Of a stretch of DNA of 64,000 nt, positions 1 through 10,904 are shown in pieces. Location of the stretch: assembly GCA_963713825.1 (NCBI GenBank), contig CAVQNG010000003.1, positions 1,568,001 to 1,632,000 on the forward strand, in the 5' to 3' direction. Below the pieces are notes generated by a model. That model did no database searches, was not told where the DNA came from, and saw only the letters and a list, made by a program, of their open reading frames with translations. The DNA is from an uncultured Acidobacteriota bacterium (GTDB taxonomy: Bacteria > Acidobacteriota > Thermoanaerobaculia > Multivoradales > JAHEKO01). Position 1 is the first letter of the stretch. Each line of letters starts with the position of its first letter. A program made the translations under genes and the position numbers.

Positions 1-117
1 GCCGTCGAGGTCGATCGGCTTCGAGCCGGAGACACCCTGTTGGTGAAGGGCTCGCGGGGCGTGGGTTTGGAGGTTGTTGTACAAGCGCTGCTGGCAGCGG
101 CGGAGGTGGTGGGCTGA
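1..117 (+). CDS. murF: UDP-N-acetylmuramoyl-tripeptide--D-Ala-D-Ala ligase, 3' end (partial)
   Basis: Frame 1 reads ...[18 protein letters not shown]..., the MurF C-terminal LVKGSRG motif; TGA at 115-117 overlaps the mraY ATG. Confidence 0.85.
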   Translation, partial: AVEVDRLRAGDTLLVKGSRGVGLEVVVQALLAAAEVVG

Positions 118-1205
118 TGCTGTTTCATCTGCTCTATCCCCTCGCCGAGCAGTACCCGGTGTTCAATGTCTTTCGGTACATCACTTTCCGCACGGCGGGT
201 GCGGTCGTGACGGCGGTCCTACTGTCACTCTGGTTGGGCCCCTGGTTCATTCGAATGCTGCGCCGACTGTCGATCGGTCAGAACATCCGCGACGTAGGGC
301 CGGAGCGACATCAGGTCAAGGCTGGCACTCCGACCATGGGTGGGCTGCTGATTCTCTTCTCGGTGCTGCTCCCGACACTGCTGTGGGCCAACCTGGCCAA
401 CCCCTTCGTTTGGTTGGCAGTCGGAGTGATGACGGGTTTTGGCGCCATCGGGTTCCTGGATGACTACCTGAAGATCCGACGCCGACAGAATGAAGGCCTG
501 TCCGTGCGGTTGAAGCTGATGCTGCAGATCCTGGTCGCGGTGGGGGCCGGAGTCGCCGTGTTGTCCCTACCCGAGTCTTTCGGTTTCGAAGGCACGATCG
601 CATTTCCCTTCTTCAAGCGAGCCGTCTACAGCCTGGGCCTCCTCTACGTGCCGTTTGTGGCCGTTGTCCTGGTTGGATCGTCCAATGCGGTCAACCTGAC
701 GGATGGGCTCGACGGATTGGCGATTGGCGCCACGCTCATCGCCGCTGCAACATACGTGATCTTCACTTACATAGCGGGCAATTCGGTGGTCGCCGGCTAC
801 CTGCAGGTGCCGTATGTCAGGGGCGTGGGCGAAGTGGCTGTGTTTTGTGGTGCCCTGGTGGGTGCGAGCCTCGGCTTCCTGTGGTTCAACTCCCACCCGG
901 CGGAAGTCTTCATGGGAGACGTGGGCTCGCTGGCTATTGGCGGCGCCATCGGCATGGTGGCCGTGCTCTCGAAGCAGGAAGTAGTCCTGCTGTTGGTCGG
1001 AGGACTGTTCGTCATCGAGGCCCTGTCGGTGATCATCCAGGTCGGATTCTTCAAGGCTAGTGGGGGGCGGCGAGTATTTCGCATGGCCCCGTTGCATCAC
1101 CATTTCGAGTTGAGCGGCTGGGCGGAGCCCAAGATCATTGTCCGTTTCTGGATTCTGTCTGTCTTGTTCGCACTGATCGGTTTGTCGACGTTGAAGTTGA
1201 GATAG
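117..1205 (+). CDS. mraY: Phospho-N-acetylmuramoyl-pentapeptide transferase
   Basis: [28 protein letters not shown] and MAPLHHHFE motifs; polytopic membrane protein. Confidence 0.98.
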   Translation: MLFHLLYPLAEQYPVFNVFRYITFRTAGAVVTAVLLSLWLGPWFIRMLRRLSIGQNIRDVGPERHQVKAGTPTMGGLLILFSVLLPTLLWANLANPFVWLAVGVMTGFGAIGFLDDYLKIRRRQNEGLSVRLKLMLQILVAVGAGVAVLSLPESFGFEGTIAFPFFKRAVYSLGLLYVPFVAVVLVGSSNAVNLTDGLDGLAIGATLIAAATYVIFTYIAGNSVVAGYLQVPYVRGVGEVAVFCGALVGASLGFLWFNSHPAEVFMGDVGSLAIGGAIGMVAVLSKQEVVLLLVGGLFVIEALSVIIQVGFFKASGGRRVFRMAPLHHHFELSGWAEPKIIVRFWILSVLFALIGLSTLKLR

Positions 1206-1207
1206 AG

Positions 1208-2563
1208 ATGAGCTCCGCAGCGGAAAACTGGCATCGCGCCCTGGTCTACGGCCTCGGAATCTCCGGCAAGGCCGCGGCTCGTCTGTTGCGATCGAGGGGT
1301 ATCGAAGTCGTAGGAGTGGATCGCCGAGGTGTCGAGGATCTGGATCTCGGTGAGTTGGCAGGTGATCCTGGCGTCGAGCTTCATCTCGGTCGAGAGCCCG
1401 AGGTGCTGCCCTCTGGCGTCGATGCAGTGGTCATCAGTCCTGGTGTACCGCCCGCGCAGCCGTTGCTGAAGGCGGCGCGGCAAGCCGGCCTCCCCGTCGT
1501 GGCGGAGATCGAGTTGGCCTCCTGGTATCTCAACGGTCCTATCGTTGGAATCACGGGCAGCAACGGTAAGAGCACCACGACAGCCCTGACGGGAGAGTTG
1601 CTCCGCGCCTCGGGATTCGACGTCGAGGTTTGTGGCAATATCGGGCTGCCGCTGAGTGCCTGTGTCGAAGGCGAGGCTGGGCGGATCTTCGTGACTGAGC
1701 TCTCCAGCTTCCAGCTGGAGGGTATCGACGGGCTCCGGCCACGAGCCGCAGCCCTCCTGAATCTGGCTGACGACCATCTCGATTGGCACGGCGGACAGCA
1801 AGGCTACTTTGCGGCCAAGGCAGCCATCTTCCGGAATCAGGCCGCCGACGATGCCGCTGTTCTCAACGCCGATGACTCCCGGGTCGTGAATCTCGATACG
1901 GCATCCCATCGTCGTGTCTTCTCTCGCCAGGCGCCGGTGGAGGACGGGTGCTACGTAGAGGGAGACATCGTTGTCGAGGTGGCCCCGGGTGAAGCGGCCA
2001 AGCCACTTTTCAGCTGCGACGACCTGGTCCTAGAAGGCGAGCACAATCTGGAGAACGCGATGGCAGCCGCGCTGCTGTCGAGGGCCATGGGAGCCGATGG
2101 CTCGGCGTTTCCGGCCGCCCTGGCGCTGTTTCGAGGTCTGCCGCATCGGCTGGAGAAGGTCGCGAGCCGACAGGGAGTGAAGTGGGTCGACGATTCCAAG
2201 GCGACCAACTTCGCAGCCGCACAGCGGTCCTTGGAGGGCTTTCCAGACAACAGTGTCCACATCATTCTCGGTGGCCGGAACAAAGGCGGCGACGCCACGG
2301 TGCTGTCAGACATCGCAGTACGCAAGGTCAAACGGGCCTACCTGGTCGGCGAAGCTGCGGAGGAGCTCGGTCGTGTGCTGGCTGGCAGTGTGCCGTGTCA
2401 GATGGTTGGGGACCTGTCGGGGGCGGTCGATGCGGCAGCGCAAAGAACCGTCGAAGGAGACGTCGTCCTGCTGTCCCCGGCCTGCGCCAGCTTCGATCAG
2501 TATCGGAGCTTCAATGAGCGTGGGGATCATTTCAAGCGGCTGGTGGAGGCCCTGAATGGCTAA
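1208..2563 (+). CDS. murD: UDP-N-acetylmuramoyl-L-alanine--D-glutamate ligase
   Basis: GITGSNGKSTT, ELSSFQL, DDSKATN and LSPACASFDQY motifs. Confidence 0.97.
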   Translation: MSSAAENWHRALVYGLGISGKAAARLLRSRGIEVVGVDRRGVEDLDLGELAGDPGVELHLGREPEVLPSGVDAVVISPGVPPAQPLLKAARQAGLPVVAEIELASWYLNGPIVGITGSNGKSTTTALTGELLRASGFDVEVCGNIGLPLSACVEGEAGRIFVTELSSFQLEGIDGLRPRAAALLNLADDHLDWHGGQQGYFAAKAAIFRNQAADDAAVLNADDSRVVNLDTASHRRVFSRQAPVEDGCYVEGDIVVEVAPGEAAKPLFSCDDLVLEGEHNLENAMAAALLSRAMGADGSAFPAALALFRGLPHRLEKVASRQGVKWVDDSKATNFAAAQRSLEGFPDNSVHIILGGRNKGGDATVLSDIAVRKVKRAYLVGEAAEELGRVLAGSVPCQMVGDLSGAVDAAAQRTVEGDVVLLSPACASFDQYRSFNERGDHFKRLVEALNG

Positions 2564-3638
2564 GAAGCTGGCCTACGACAAGGTGCTCTTCACCACGGTC
2601 ATTCTGCTGGTGGGATTGGGACTGATCTCGGTCTACTCGGCCAGTGCGGCCTTTGCCCGGGATCAGGGTAGCGGCTGGAACATGTACCTCGCCAAGCAGA
2701 GCGTCGCTGCCGTCATCGGCCTCGTCGGAATGTGGATCTTGATGCACATCGACTATCGGCATTTCCGCCGTCCGCAGGTGTTGTATCCGATCCTGGTCGG
2801 CTCACTGGTACTTCTCGTGGCGAGCCTCTTCGGTCCGGAGCTCAACAACACACGTCGGTGGCTCTTCGTAGGGGGGGTGTCGATTCAGCCCTCGGAGCTG
2901 GCCAAGCTGGCGGTCATCGCCTTCGTTGCCTACCAGATCGAGCGCACCGAGGACCGTGATAGCCGAGAGTTGGTCTTGCCGGTGTGCCTGCTCCTGGGCC
3001 TGATGGCCAGTTTGATTCTGATGCAGCCCGATCTGGGTACGGCGGTGCTCCTGTGCGGCTCCACCGTGTTCATGCTTTTCCTGGCTGGTGTGCGCTGGAG
3101 CTACTTCGTGGGCGGCGCACTGGCCTTGCTGCCGGCACTCTGGTTGGCGGTCTACTCGGTGCCCTATCGCCGACAGCGATTCATGTCCTTTCTGAACCCC
3201 GATCTGGAGCCGCTGCGATCCGGGTATCAGGCGCGTCAATCGCTCATCGCCGTCGGGTCCGGAGGCCTGATGGGACGAGGGCTGGGGGAGAGCCTTCAGA
3301 AGCTCTACTTCTTGCCGTATCCGCACTCGGACTTCATCTACTCGATCATCTCCGAGGAGCTCGGGCTGATCGGTGCGGTCGGCGTACTGATGTTGTTCGG
3401 CATCTTGTTTTGGAGAGGTATTCGGGCCGGTGTCAAGGCACCGGATACATTCGGACGCTATCTGGCTTGGGGCATTGCGGGACTGATCACTCTTCAGGCG
3501 CTGATCCATATCAGCGTGGCACTAGCCTTGATGCCCACCAAGGGAATCCCGTTGCCGTTCATCTCGTACGGTGGCTCCTCCCTTGTTGTCTGCCTGGCCG
3601 GGTCCGGGGTACTGCTGAATGTGTCGCAACATGGATGA
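2556..3638 (+). CDS. ftsW: Cell division SEDS peptidoglycan polymerase FtsW
   Basis: IQPSELAK, QPDLGT, HSDFIYS and PFISYGGSS motifs; position in dcw cluster. Confidence 0.96.
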   Translation: MAKKLAYDKVLFTTVILLVGLGLISVYSASAAFARDQGSGWNMYLAKQSVAAVIGLVGMWILMHIDYRHFRRPQVLYPILVGSLVLLVASLFGPELNNTRRWLFVGGVSIQPSELAKLAVIAFVAYQIERTEDRDSRELVLPVCLLLGLMASLILMQPDLGTAVLLCGSTVFMLFLAGVRWSYFVGGALALLPALWLAVYSVPYRRQRFMSFLNPDLEPLRSGYQARQSLIAVGSGGLMGRGLGESLQKLYFLPYPHSDFIYSIISEELGLIGAVGVLMLFGILFWRGIRAGVKAPDTFGRYLAWGIAGLITLQALIHISVALALMPTKGIPLPFISYGGSSLVVCLAGSGVLLNVSQHG

Positions 3639-3698
3639 GGGACTGGGGTCGAAGAGCCCGGTGGATGGTGAAGTTGGACTACGAACGGCGTGGAAACG

Positions 3699-4784
3699 AT
3701 GGCGAATGAGCATGCACTCATGGCTGGAGGCGGTAGTGGTGGACATGTGTTCCCCGCCCTGGCGGTCGCCGAGGAGCTGCGCCAACGGGGTTGGAAGGTG
3801 AGTTGGATGGGACGCATGTCGGGGATGGAGAGGGAGCTTGTCGAAGCCCATGGGCTGCCGTATCACGGCTTGCCGGCGAAGGCTGTCGTCGGCCGTGGAT
3901 GGACCCAGAAGGTGGGCGCTCTCGGAACCCTTGGAACCTCGTCCTGGCGAGCCCGCCAGAGGATTCGTGATCTACAGGCCGATGTGGTTTTGGGCACTGG
4001 TGGCTATGTCTCTGTACCAGGAGTTCTCGGTGCTGTCTTGAGCCAGCGCCCCATCGTTCTACTCGAACCGAATGCCGATGCCGGAGCGGCGAATCGATGG
4101 TTGTCGCGTTGGGCTTCCTCGGCCGCCGTCGCCCTTTCAGGAGTGGAGTCGCAGCTGCGTTGCCCCTCACGCGTAACGGGCGTGCCCGTTCGTCGGGAGT
4201 TCTTCGATGCTGGCGATCCCCGGTCTTTTGGTGGCCCAGTCCGCCTGCTGGTTCTTGGCGGTAGTCAGGGTGCGCGCCAGCTGAACGAATTGGTGCCGGC
4301 GGCCCTGAAGGTGCTCGGAGGCAGCCTGGGTGGTCTCGAAGTCGTCCATCAAACCGGCGAAGTGCTATTGGCAGAGGCGCAAGGCGCCTACCGGGAGAGC
4401 GAGCTCGGTACCGTCGATACACGGATCGTTCCCTTTCTGGACGACGTTGCTGGCGAGATGGCTGCCGCCGACCTGGTGATCTCACGAGCCGGTGCCATCA
4501 CGGTGGCCGAGATCTGCGCCGCGGGGCGGGCCGCATTGCTGGTGCCGCTGGCTCTGGCAGGCGGGCACCAGGTGGCGAACGCACGCCGATTGGAATCGAG
4601 CGGTGGCGCCGTCGTGTTGGAGCCCGAGGCGGCGGCAGCGGAAAGTCTCTCGCGGTTGCTGGCGTCGCTCCTCGAGGACCGACAGCAGCTTCGGACCATG
4701 GGTGACAAGCTGCGTGGGCTTGCCTGGCCTCGTGCCGCCGAATCCGTCGCTGACCTTCTGCAGCAAGCAGTGGAGGCTGCCTGA
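3699..4784 (+). CDS. murG: Lipid II GlcNAc transferase MurG (start could be GTG 3690)
   Basis: GGGSGGHVFP, GGYVS, GGSQGA, SRAGA and HQVANA motifs. Confidence 0.96.
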   Translation: MANEHALMAGGGSGGHVFPALAVAEELRQRGWKVSWMGRMSGMERELVEAHGLPYHGLPAKAVVGRGWTQKVGALGTLGTSSWRARQRIRDLQADVVLGTGGYVSVPGVLGAVLSQRPIVLLEPNADAGAANRWLSRWASSAAVALSGVESQLRCPSRVTGVPVRREFFDAGDPRSFGGPVRLLVLGGSQGARQLNELVPAALKVLGGSLGGLEVVHQTGEVLLAEAQGAYRESELGTVDTRIVPFLDDVAGEMAAADLVISRAGAITVAEICAAGRAALLVPLALAGGHQVANARRLESSGGAVVLEPEAAAAESLSRLLASLLEDRQQLRTMGDKLRGLAWPRAAESVADLLQQAVEAA

Positions 4785-6175
4785 TGTTCCGCCGCTTCAC
4801 CAATCTGGCCGCGGTCCACTTCATCGGTATCGGTGGTGCCGGCATGAGCGGCATAGCCGAGGTGCTTCTGGACTACGACCTGGAGGTGAGCGGTTGTGAT
4901 CAGTCCTTGAGCGAGACGACCGAGCGGCTGTCGAAGCTTGGGGTAACCATTCATCAGGGGCATTCTCCGGAGCATGTCGAGAGGGTCGATCTGGTCGTCA
5001 TCTCTTCGGCGGTATCGAAGGACAGCCCGGAGGTCGTGGCGGCCCGACGGAACAACATCACCGTGGTGCGGCGAGCCGAGATGCTGGGTGAGCTCATGCG
5101 GTTGAAGTACGGCATCGCGGTCGCCGGGACTCATGGCAAGACCACAACGACTTCCCTGATTGGCACGGTGTTGACAGAAGCGGGCCTGGATCCGACGGTC
5201 ATTGTCGGTGGCCGACTGCGAGTCTCCGGCACGGGCGCCCGCCTCGGGAAGAGCGAGTATCTGGTTGCCGAAGCCGACGAGTACGACCGCAGCTTTCTCC
5301 GGCTGCAGCCCATCGTCGCAGTAGTCACGTCAATTGATGAAGATCATCTGGACACGTATGCGAGCCTCGATGAGATCCGCGGTGCCTTCGTGACCTTTGC
5401 CGGCAAGGTGCCGTTCTTCGGGCAGGCCATTCTCTGCCTGGACGACGCCAACATTCAGGAGCTTCTACCACGGTTGAAGAAGGAGCACCGGGTCGTCACC
5501 TATGGACTCTCGCCTCAGGCCGATCTCAAAGCGACCGACTTCGAAAGCACTGCCTCTGGCTCGCGCTTCAACGTCGTCGATTCTCGCCAGGGTGAGTTGG
5601 GCACCGTCGAGCTGCCGATGCCGGGCTTGCACAACGTCCGCAACTCGCTGGCCGCAATCGCGGTGGCGCAGGCGATGGGAGTTCCCTTCGACAGTATCGC
5701 CCGGGCCCTGTCGGGCTTCTCGGGGGTGCACCGGAGGTTCGAGACCAGGGGTGTTTGGCGGGGTGCCAAGGTCATCGACGACTACGCGCATCATCCGACC
5801 GAGGTGACGGCGACTCTAGAGGCCGCCCGACAGGCATTCCCAGGCGCCGTCATTCATGCGGTCTTTCAACCCCACCTCTTCTCGCGAACGCGCCACCTGG
5901 CAGATGAGTTCGGCCGCTCGTTACTGGGCGCCGACAAGGCCGTTGTGACGAACATCTACCCGTCGAGGGAGCAGCCGGAGCCGGGAGTGACCTCTGATCT
6001 GGTGGTCGACGCGGCCAAGAGGAGCGGCCATCGTGACGTTCGGCTCTGTGCCGAGTGGCGAGAGGTTCCACCGATTCTGGCGGCCGACGTGCGAGAAGGA
6101 GACGTCATTCTGACGCTTGGTGCCGGCGATATCTACCGGCTCGCAGAGCTGCTCGTCGAGGAGGCTGCGGCATGA
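4784..6175 (+). CDS. murC: UDP-N-acetylmuramate--L-alanine ligase
   Basis: HFIGIGGAGMSGIA, AGTHGKTTT, EADEYD and DDYAHHPTE motifs. Confidence 0.98.
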   Translation: MFRRFTNLAAVHFIGIGGAGMSGIAEVLLDYDLEVSGCDQSLSETTERLSKLGVTIHQGHSPEHVERVDLVVISSAVSKDSPEVVAARRNNITVVRRAEMLGELMRLKYGIAVAGTHGKTTTTSLIGTVLTEAGLDPTVIVGGRLRVSGTGARLGKSEYLVAEADEYDRSFLRLQPIVAVVTSIDEDHLDTYASLDEIRGAFVTFAGKVPFFGQAILCLDDANIQELLPRLKKEHRVVTYGLSPQADLKATDFESTASGSRFNVVDSRQGELGTVELPMPGLHNVRNSLAAIAVAQAMGVPFDSIARALSGFSGVHRRFETRGVWRGAKVIDDYAHHPTEVTATLEAARQAFPGAVIHAVFQPHLFSRTRHLADEFGRSLLGADKAVVTNIYPSREQPEPGVTSDLVVDAAKRSGHRDVRLCAEWREVPPILAADVREGDVILTLGAGDIYRLAELLVEEAAA

Positions 6176-6978
6176 GTCGGCAGGAGATCCAGGTGTCGAG
6201 CCCGAGTCCGTTTCGGCGGCGACGATTCGTGGCGCCGCACCGGCGGCGAAGTCCGCTGCTGATGCTGGCGCGACCCTTCCTGACCGCACTGCTGCTGGTC
6301 GGTCTGCCGGTTGCCGGCGGAGCGTGGGTCATAACGTCGCCGCGGTTCCTGCTCAGCAGTATCGAGGTCAGTGGCACGAGCCGGGTGCAGCCCTCCGAGG
6401 TCGGAGAGGCCCTCGAGCCTCTCCGGGGGAAGCATCTTCTGCTGGTCTCCCTGGCGGACGTCGAGAATCGACTGGCGGAGAACCGGTGGATCGAAGGTGC
6501 CAACCTGCGCAAGAGAATGCCCGACAGTCTCGTGGTGGAGATCAGGGAACGACAACCGGTCATGCTGTTGAGGCGCGAAGAAGGGCTCTTCTATGTCGAT
6601 CGCGGCGGCACGGTGATCGACCTCTACGATCCAGCCCGAGAGGCCGATCTGCTCCTGCTGAGTATCGGCACGGGTGCCAGATTGGAAGTGGAGCCGGCGC
6701 TCGCGGTCGCCGCCGAGTTGGAATTGGTGGCGCCGGACTGGGCGACGGGGCTGTCCGAGGTGGAGGTTCTGGGAGGCGGCGATTTCCGTCTATTCACGGC
6801 GGCGCTGCCGTTTCCGGTTTTGGTGAGCCTCGGCGGAGTCGGTAGGCAGGTGAGGAAATTCAGGGAAGTGATGCCCGAGATTACCCGACGCTATGATCGG
6901 GTGGCGGCGGTAGACCTTCGCTTTTCGCGTCAAATTGTCATTCAACCCGCGGTGGACCCGCGTAGTCAGGAGGGGTGA
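6172..6978 (+). CDS. ftsQ: Cell division protein FtsQ/DivIB
   Basis: Basic N-terminus, single TM segment, POTRA-like region, C-terminal VDLRF; ATGA overlap with murC stop; lies between murC and ftsA. Confidence 0.88.
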   Translation: MSRQEIQVSSPSPFRRRRFVAPHRRRSPLLMLARPFLTALLLVGLPVAGGAWVITSPRFLLSSIEVSGTSRVQPSEVGEALEPLRGKHLLLVSLADVENRLAENRWIEGANLRKRMPDSLVVEIRERQPVMLLRREEGLFYVDRGGTVIDLYDPAREADLLLLSIGTGARLEVEPALAVAAELELVAPDWATGLSEVEVLGGGDFRLFTAALPFPVLVSLGGVGRQVRKFREVMPEITRRYDRVAAVDLRFSRQIVIQPAVDPRSQEG

Positions 6979-6983
6979 GGCTT

Positions 6984-8225
6984 ATGCCCAAGGCGGACTC
7001 ATACATCGTTGCCATCGATATCGGTTCTTCGAAGATCGGAGTATTGATCGGGCAACGAGACGAGCGAGGAGATCTCGAAGTGGTGGGCAAGGGCGTCGCC
7101 ATCAACCGAGGGACCCGAAGAGGGAACATCGTCAACGTCGAGGCGACGGTCGATGCACTCAAGCAGGCCACCGAGGAAGCGGAGGTCATGGCAGGCATCG
7201 AGGTGTCGCGAGCCTATGTCGGCGTTGCCGGCACCGATATCCGCAGCATCAATTCACGCGGCATGGTGTCGGTGGCGAAAAAGGACCAGGATCGAGAGAT
7301 CACCCGGCAGGATATCGGCAGAGTGCTCGAGGCAGCGCAGTCGGCCGCTCTGCCGTCGGACCGCGAGGTCCTGCACGCGATCCCGCAGGACTTCATCGTC
7401 GACGAGCAGGGGGGAATTTCGGATCCCTTGGGAATGCTGGGAAGTCGTCTCGAGGTCGCCGTGCACCTCGTGACCGGCAATATCACCCGGCGCAAGACAC
7501 TGTTGACCTGCATCAATCGAGCTGGCATCGAGGTCATCGAGTTGATCTTCGAGCCCCTGGCAACGGCCGAGGCGGTTCTCATGCATGACGAGAGAGAGCT
7601 CGGGGCCCTGCTGCTGGATATCGGCAGTGGGACCACGGAGTATGCGGTCTTTGGTGACGGGGAAGTGCAGCACAGCGCGGTCCTGCCCGTGGGTGCCGGG
7701 CATTTCACCAACGACATCGCCATGGTTCTGCGTACGCCTTTCGCGGAGGCCGAGCAGATCAAGATCAAGCATGGCTGTTGTCTGAGCGGCATGGTGGGAG
7801 AGGAAGAGGGGATCTCGGTGCCAACCGTGGCTGGTGGTCCGCCCAGGGTCGTACCCAAGCGGGAGCTTTGCGGCATCCTGCAACCGCGAGCCGAGGAGAT
7901 GCTGACGCTGGTGCGGGACGACCTGAGCAAGTATGGGTTGGAAGAAACGCTGCGGGGCGGCCTGGTACTGACCGGTGGCGGTGCGCAGCTCGACGGCTAC
8001 CTCGAACTGGCGGAGCAGGTATTCAACTGCACGGTCCGCTATGGCCTGCCTCAGGGCCTGGGTGGTCTGGTGGACGTCATCAGCTCACCGACCTGGACGG
8101 CAGCCTCTGGCCTCCTGCTCTACGGTCGGAGCTCAGAAGACAGGCACAGTAGGACAGTCAACACAGGTTTCAGCGTGCGGGGAGTAGTGACCAGTCTCCG
8201 CAGTATGTTTTCGGATTTGCTGTAG
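6984..8225 (+). CDS. ftsA: Cell division protein FtsA (start could be GTG 6975)
   Basis: [16 protein letters not shown] and VLTGGGA actin-fold motifs; C-terminal amphipathic helix. Confidence 0.97.
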   Translation: MPKADSYIVAIDIGSSKIGVLIGQRDERGDLEVVGKGVAINRGTRRGNIVNVEATVDALKQATEEAEVMAGIEVSRAYVGVAGTDIRSINSRGMVSVAKKDQDREITRQDIGRVLEAAQSAALPSDREVLHAIPQDFIVDEQGGISDPLGMLGSRLEVAVHLVTGNITRRKTLLTCINRAGIEVIELIFEPLATAEAVLMHDERELGALLLDIGSGTTEYAVFGDGEVQHSAVLPVGAGHFTNDIAMVLRTPFAEAEQIKIKHGCCLSGMVGEEEGISVPTVAGGPPRVVPKRELCGILQPRAEEMLTLVRDDLSKYGLEETLRGGLVLTGGGAQLDGYLELAEQVFNCTVRYGLPQGLGGLVDVISSPTWTAASGLLLYGRSSEDRHSRTVNTGFSVRGVVTSLRSMFSDLL

Positions 8226-8257
8226 GAAGTAGAACCACCCGGAAGGAGAGCAAGAAG

Positions 8258-9505
8258 ATGATTTTATTTGACGATCACGAGATGGAAGGTAGCCTCCCAA
8301 TCACCCTGGATGAGGCAGAGGGCACGGCGGCCAAGATCACCGTCGTCGGTGTCGGGGGTGGTGGGGGCAACGCGGTCAACCGGATGATCGACTGCCAGAT
8401 GCGGGGCATCGAGTTCATCGCTGGCAACACTGACATGCAGGCTCTGCGCAAGTGCAGTGCGCCGGTCAAGCTTCAGTTGGGCCCGACCCTGACCAGGGGT
8501 CTCGGCGCTGGCGGCGACCCGGAAGTCGGCCGCAAGTCGGCCCTCGAGGACACCGAGCGAATTCTGGAGCTCCTCGACGGGTCCGACATGGTCTTTCTCA
8601 CCGCCGGGATGGGTGGTGGAACGGGCACCGGTGCCATTCCGATTGTCGCGTCACTGGCCTCTGAGCTGGGCGCTCTGACCGTCGCTGTGGTGACGAAACC
8701 ATTCACTTTCGAGGGTCGCCGTCGGATGGAGTTGGCAGAGCGGGGTATTGAAGAGCTGCGAGGTGCTGTCGACACTCTGATCACGATTCCCAATGAAAGG
8801 CTGCTCAACTTCGTCGAGCGAGGTACTCCTCTCAACGAGGCCTTTCGCATTGCGGACGACGTCTTGCGCCAAGCGGTCCAGGGCATTTCCGATCTGATTA
8901 CGGTACCTGGCGAGGTCAACGTGGACTTTGCGGACGTCAAGACCATCATGACTGGCATGGGCATGGCGTTGATGGGCACGGGTGTGGCCAAGGGCGAGAG
9001 TCGAGCCATCGAGGCGGCACAACGCGCCATCTCCTCGCCCCTGCTGGAGGAGACTTCGGTCCAGGGCGCCAAAGGAGTGCTCATCAACATCTCTGGCGGC
9101 CCCGATCTGACTCTCCACGAGGTGGACGAGGCGGCAAAGGTCATCGCGGAGGCCGTGGATTCGGCGGCCAATATCATCTCCGGTCTCGTTATCGACGAGT
9201 CGATGGAGGAGGAGATGAAGGTCACAGTGATCGCGACTGGCTTCCAGGCAGCGAATGCACCGGTCTTCAGCCAGCCGTATCTGCCCACAGCGGAGCATGA
9301 GGAACCGGTCTACGCACCGGAGCCGGCGCCCGCCGAGAGGCAGGTGGAGCCAGAACCCGCTGCTGAGAAGAAGGAAGAGGACATACCGTTTTATCGCAAG
9401 GTCATCGCGCAGACTCAGCAGGACGACCCCAACGGGTACGGACCGAACTGGTCGAACGTCGATGACTTCGACATTCCGACAGTGCTGCGAAAGCAGATGG
9501 ACTAA
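8258..9505 (+). CDS. ftsZ: Cell division GTPase FtsZ
   Basis: [17 protein letters not shown] and NVDFADV motifs; C-terminal DIPTVLRK. Confidence 0.99.
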   Translation: MILFDDHEMEGSLPITLDEAEGTAAKITVVGVGGGGGNAVNRMIDCQMRGIEFIAGNTDMQALRKCSAPVKLQLGPTLTRGLGAGGDPEVGRKSALEDTERILELLDGSDMVFLTAGMGGGTGTGAIPIVASLASELGALTVAVVTKPFTFEGRRRMELAERGIEELRGAVDTLITIPNERLLNFVERGTPLNEAFRIADDVLRQAVQGISDLITVPGEVNVDFADVKTIMTGMGMALMGTGVAKGESRAIEAAQRAISSPLLEETSVQGAKGVLINISGGPDLTLHEVDEAAKVIAEAVDSAANIISGLVIDESMEEEMKVTVIATGFQAANAPVFSQPYLPTAEHEEPVYAPEPAPAERQVEPEPAAEKKEEDIPFYRKVIAQTQQDDPNGYGPNWSNVDDFDIPTVLRKQMD

Positions 9506-9616
9506 GAGGGAAGACAGGGAATATCAGGCGCATCGAGAGCAGCAGGCAGCAAGGCCAAGAACGCGGTTGTCACTCTCGACGACTCCAGACTTCCGGGTGG
9601 ATCGTCTCCAGGTGAA

Positions 9617-10222
9617 ATGGGCTTCACCTCCGCACGCGAACGACGACTGTGGCTCATGGCAGGCAGCTGCCTGCTGCTCATTTTTTCGACACTCTACATC
9701 GCCAGACCCATCACCAACTGGCTGCGGGACGCCAACCTTCTGCGCCTCGCGGTTGTGGGCTCCTTTGTTCTGGCGGCAGCATGGATTGGCCTGGTGCTCC
9801 TTCGGACTCGGCCCGGATGGCGGACGTGGGTCGTCTTGTCTGCGATCGCCACCGTTTATGTGCTTCTATTATCTCGATTCAAGCTTCCCGAAGAACGCCT
9901 TCACTTTCTCGAGTATGGAATTGTCGGCGGCCTGGTGTTCGCGGCGCTTCTCGAACGGCAGAAGAACACAGGTGACACCTCTGGCGGTACTCCAGGCCGC
10001 CGCGGTCCTCTGTGGCCAGCGGTGGGGGCCTTTCTGATCAACGGCGCCGCAGGATGGGTCGATGAAGGGATCCAGGAGATCATTCCGAACCGTTTCTACG
10101 ATCTCAGAGACGTCGCCATGAACGCGGCGGCTGGAGCTCTGGCCATAGGCTCGATTTGGATTCTCGGCCTTATCCGGCAGATCGAGGCAGGGTCACCGAG
10201 TCGAGGGCAGGGCAGAGGCTAG
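9617..10222 (+). CDS. VanZ-like membrane protein
   Basis: Hydrophobic segments with ERLHFLEYG, DEGIQ..IPNR and D..DVAMNAAAG, resembling the VanZ family. Confidence 0.7.
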   Translation: MGFTSARERRLWLMAGSCLLLIFSTLYIARPITNWLRDANLLRLAVVGSFVLAAAWIGLVLLRTRPGWRTWVVLSAIATVYVLLLSRFKLPEERLHFLEYGIVGGLVFAALLERQKNTGDTSGGTPGRRGPLWPAVGAFLINGAAGWVDEGIQEIIPNRFYDLRDVAMNAAAGALAIGSIWILGLIRQIEAGSPSRGQGRG

Positions 10223-10302
10223 AGCCTCGGCCCACAGGGTTTGTAGTAAGCGCTGTTTCGACCAAGGTCCCTTGCAGTTTGCCGAGAACCCGAAACTTCC
10301 TC

Positions 10303-10311
10303 TGGTAGACT
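10303..10311 (+). promoter_or_regulatory. Possible extended -10 promoter (TG-G-TAGACT) for the SPFH cluster
   Basis: TGnTAGACT lies 35 nt upstream of ATG 10347, which has a GGAGG Shine-Dalgarno. Confidence 0.35.
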
Positions 10312-10346
10312 TCGAGCGAATTTCCACTCTGTTTGGAGGTTTCTTC

Positions 10347-10877
10347 ATGGAACAAGGTTTCGACGAGGCAAAGGCCCAACGCAACTGGCTGGAGCGCCTG
10401 GGCGAGAAGATTCCCGGCTTTCGGGGTTTCCAGGATCGGGAGCTCCGAAGAGAGGTCGACAAGCTGCAGCGAGAGTACCTCGCCAGCCAGATAACACAGT
10501 ACAAGTCCTCCCTGCGCAAAGTTGCCGAGCGCTATACGGACGCAGGCAAGATCGGGGTCCTGCATCTGTTCGACCGACTCGACAAGCGATTGGACGGTCT
10601 GGCCCGAGCCGTGAAGTTCAGCGACTATGGAGCGACGGGCTTTTTCGATGTGATCAAAGTCGATGCAGGGGCTCTCGAGGAGCTCTATCAGTTCGATCTC
10701 GCGCTGATCGAGGAGCTGTCTGGGCTGGGTGATGACATTGCAGGGATCCCAGCGCCCGCCGCTGGCGACCCAACCGAAGCTCTGGAAGTGACCTTGGACC
10801 GTCTCCAGCGCATGGAAGACCGTTGGGCCGCTCGCGAAGGCGCAGTCAACAAAGTAGTAAAGACCGCAGGCGACTAA
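10347..10877 (+). CDS. Hypothetical, probably all-helical protein (IPGFRGF..RE.RR..D motif)
   Basis: GGAGG SD before ATG 10347; charged helical composition; first gene of the SPFH cluster. Confidence 0.8.
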   Translation: MEQGFDEAKAQRNWLERLGEKIPGFRGFQDRELRREVDKLQREYLASQITQYKSSLRKVAERYTDAGKIGVLHLFDRLDKRLDGLARAVKFSDYGATGFFDVIKVDAGALEELYQFDLALIEELSGLGDDIAGIPAPAAGDPTEALEVTLDRLQRMEDRWAAREGAVNKVVKTAGD

Positions 10878-10904
10878 GAACCTGCGTTCCCAGGAGGATT
10901 CTCG

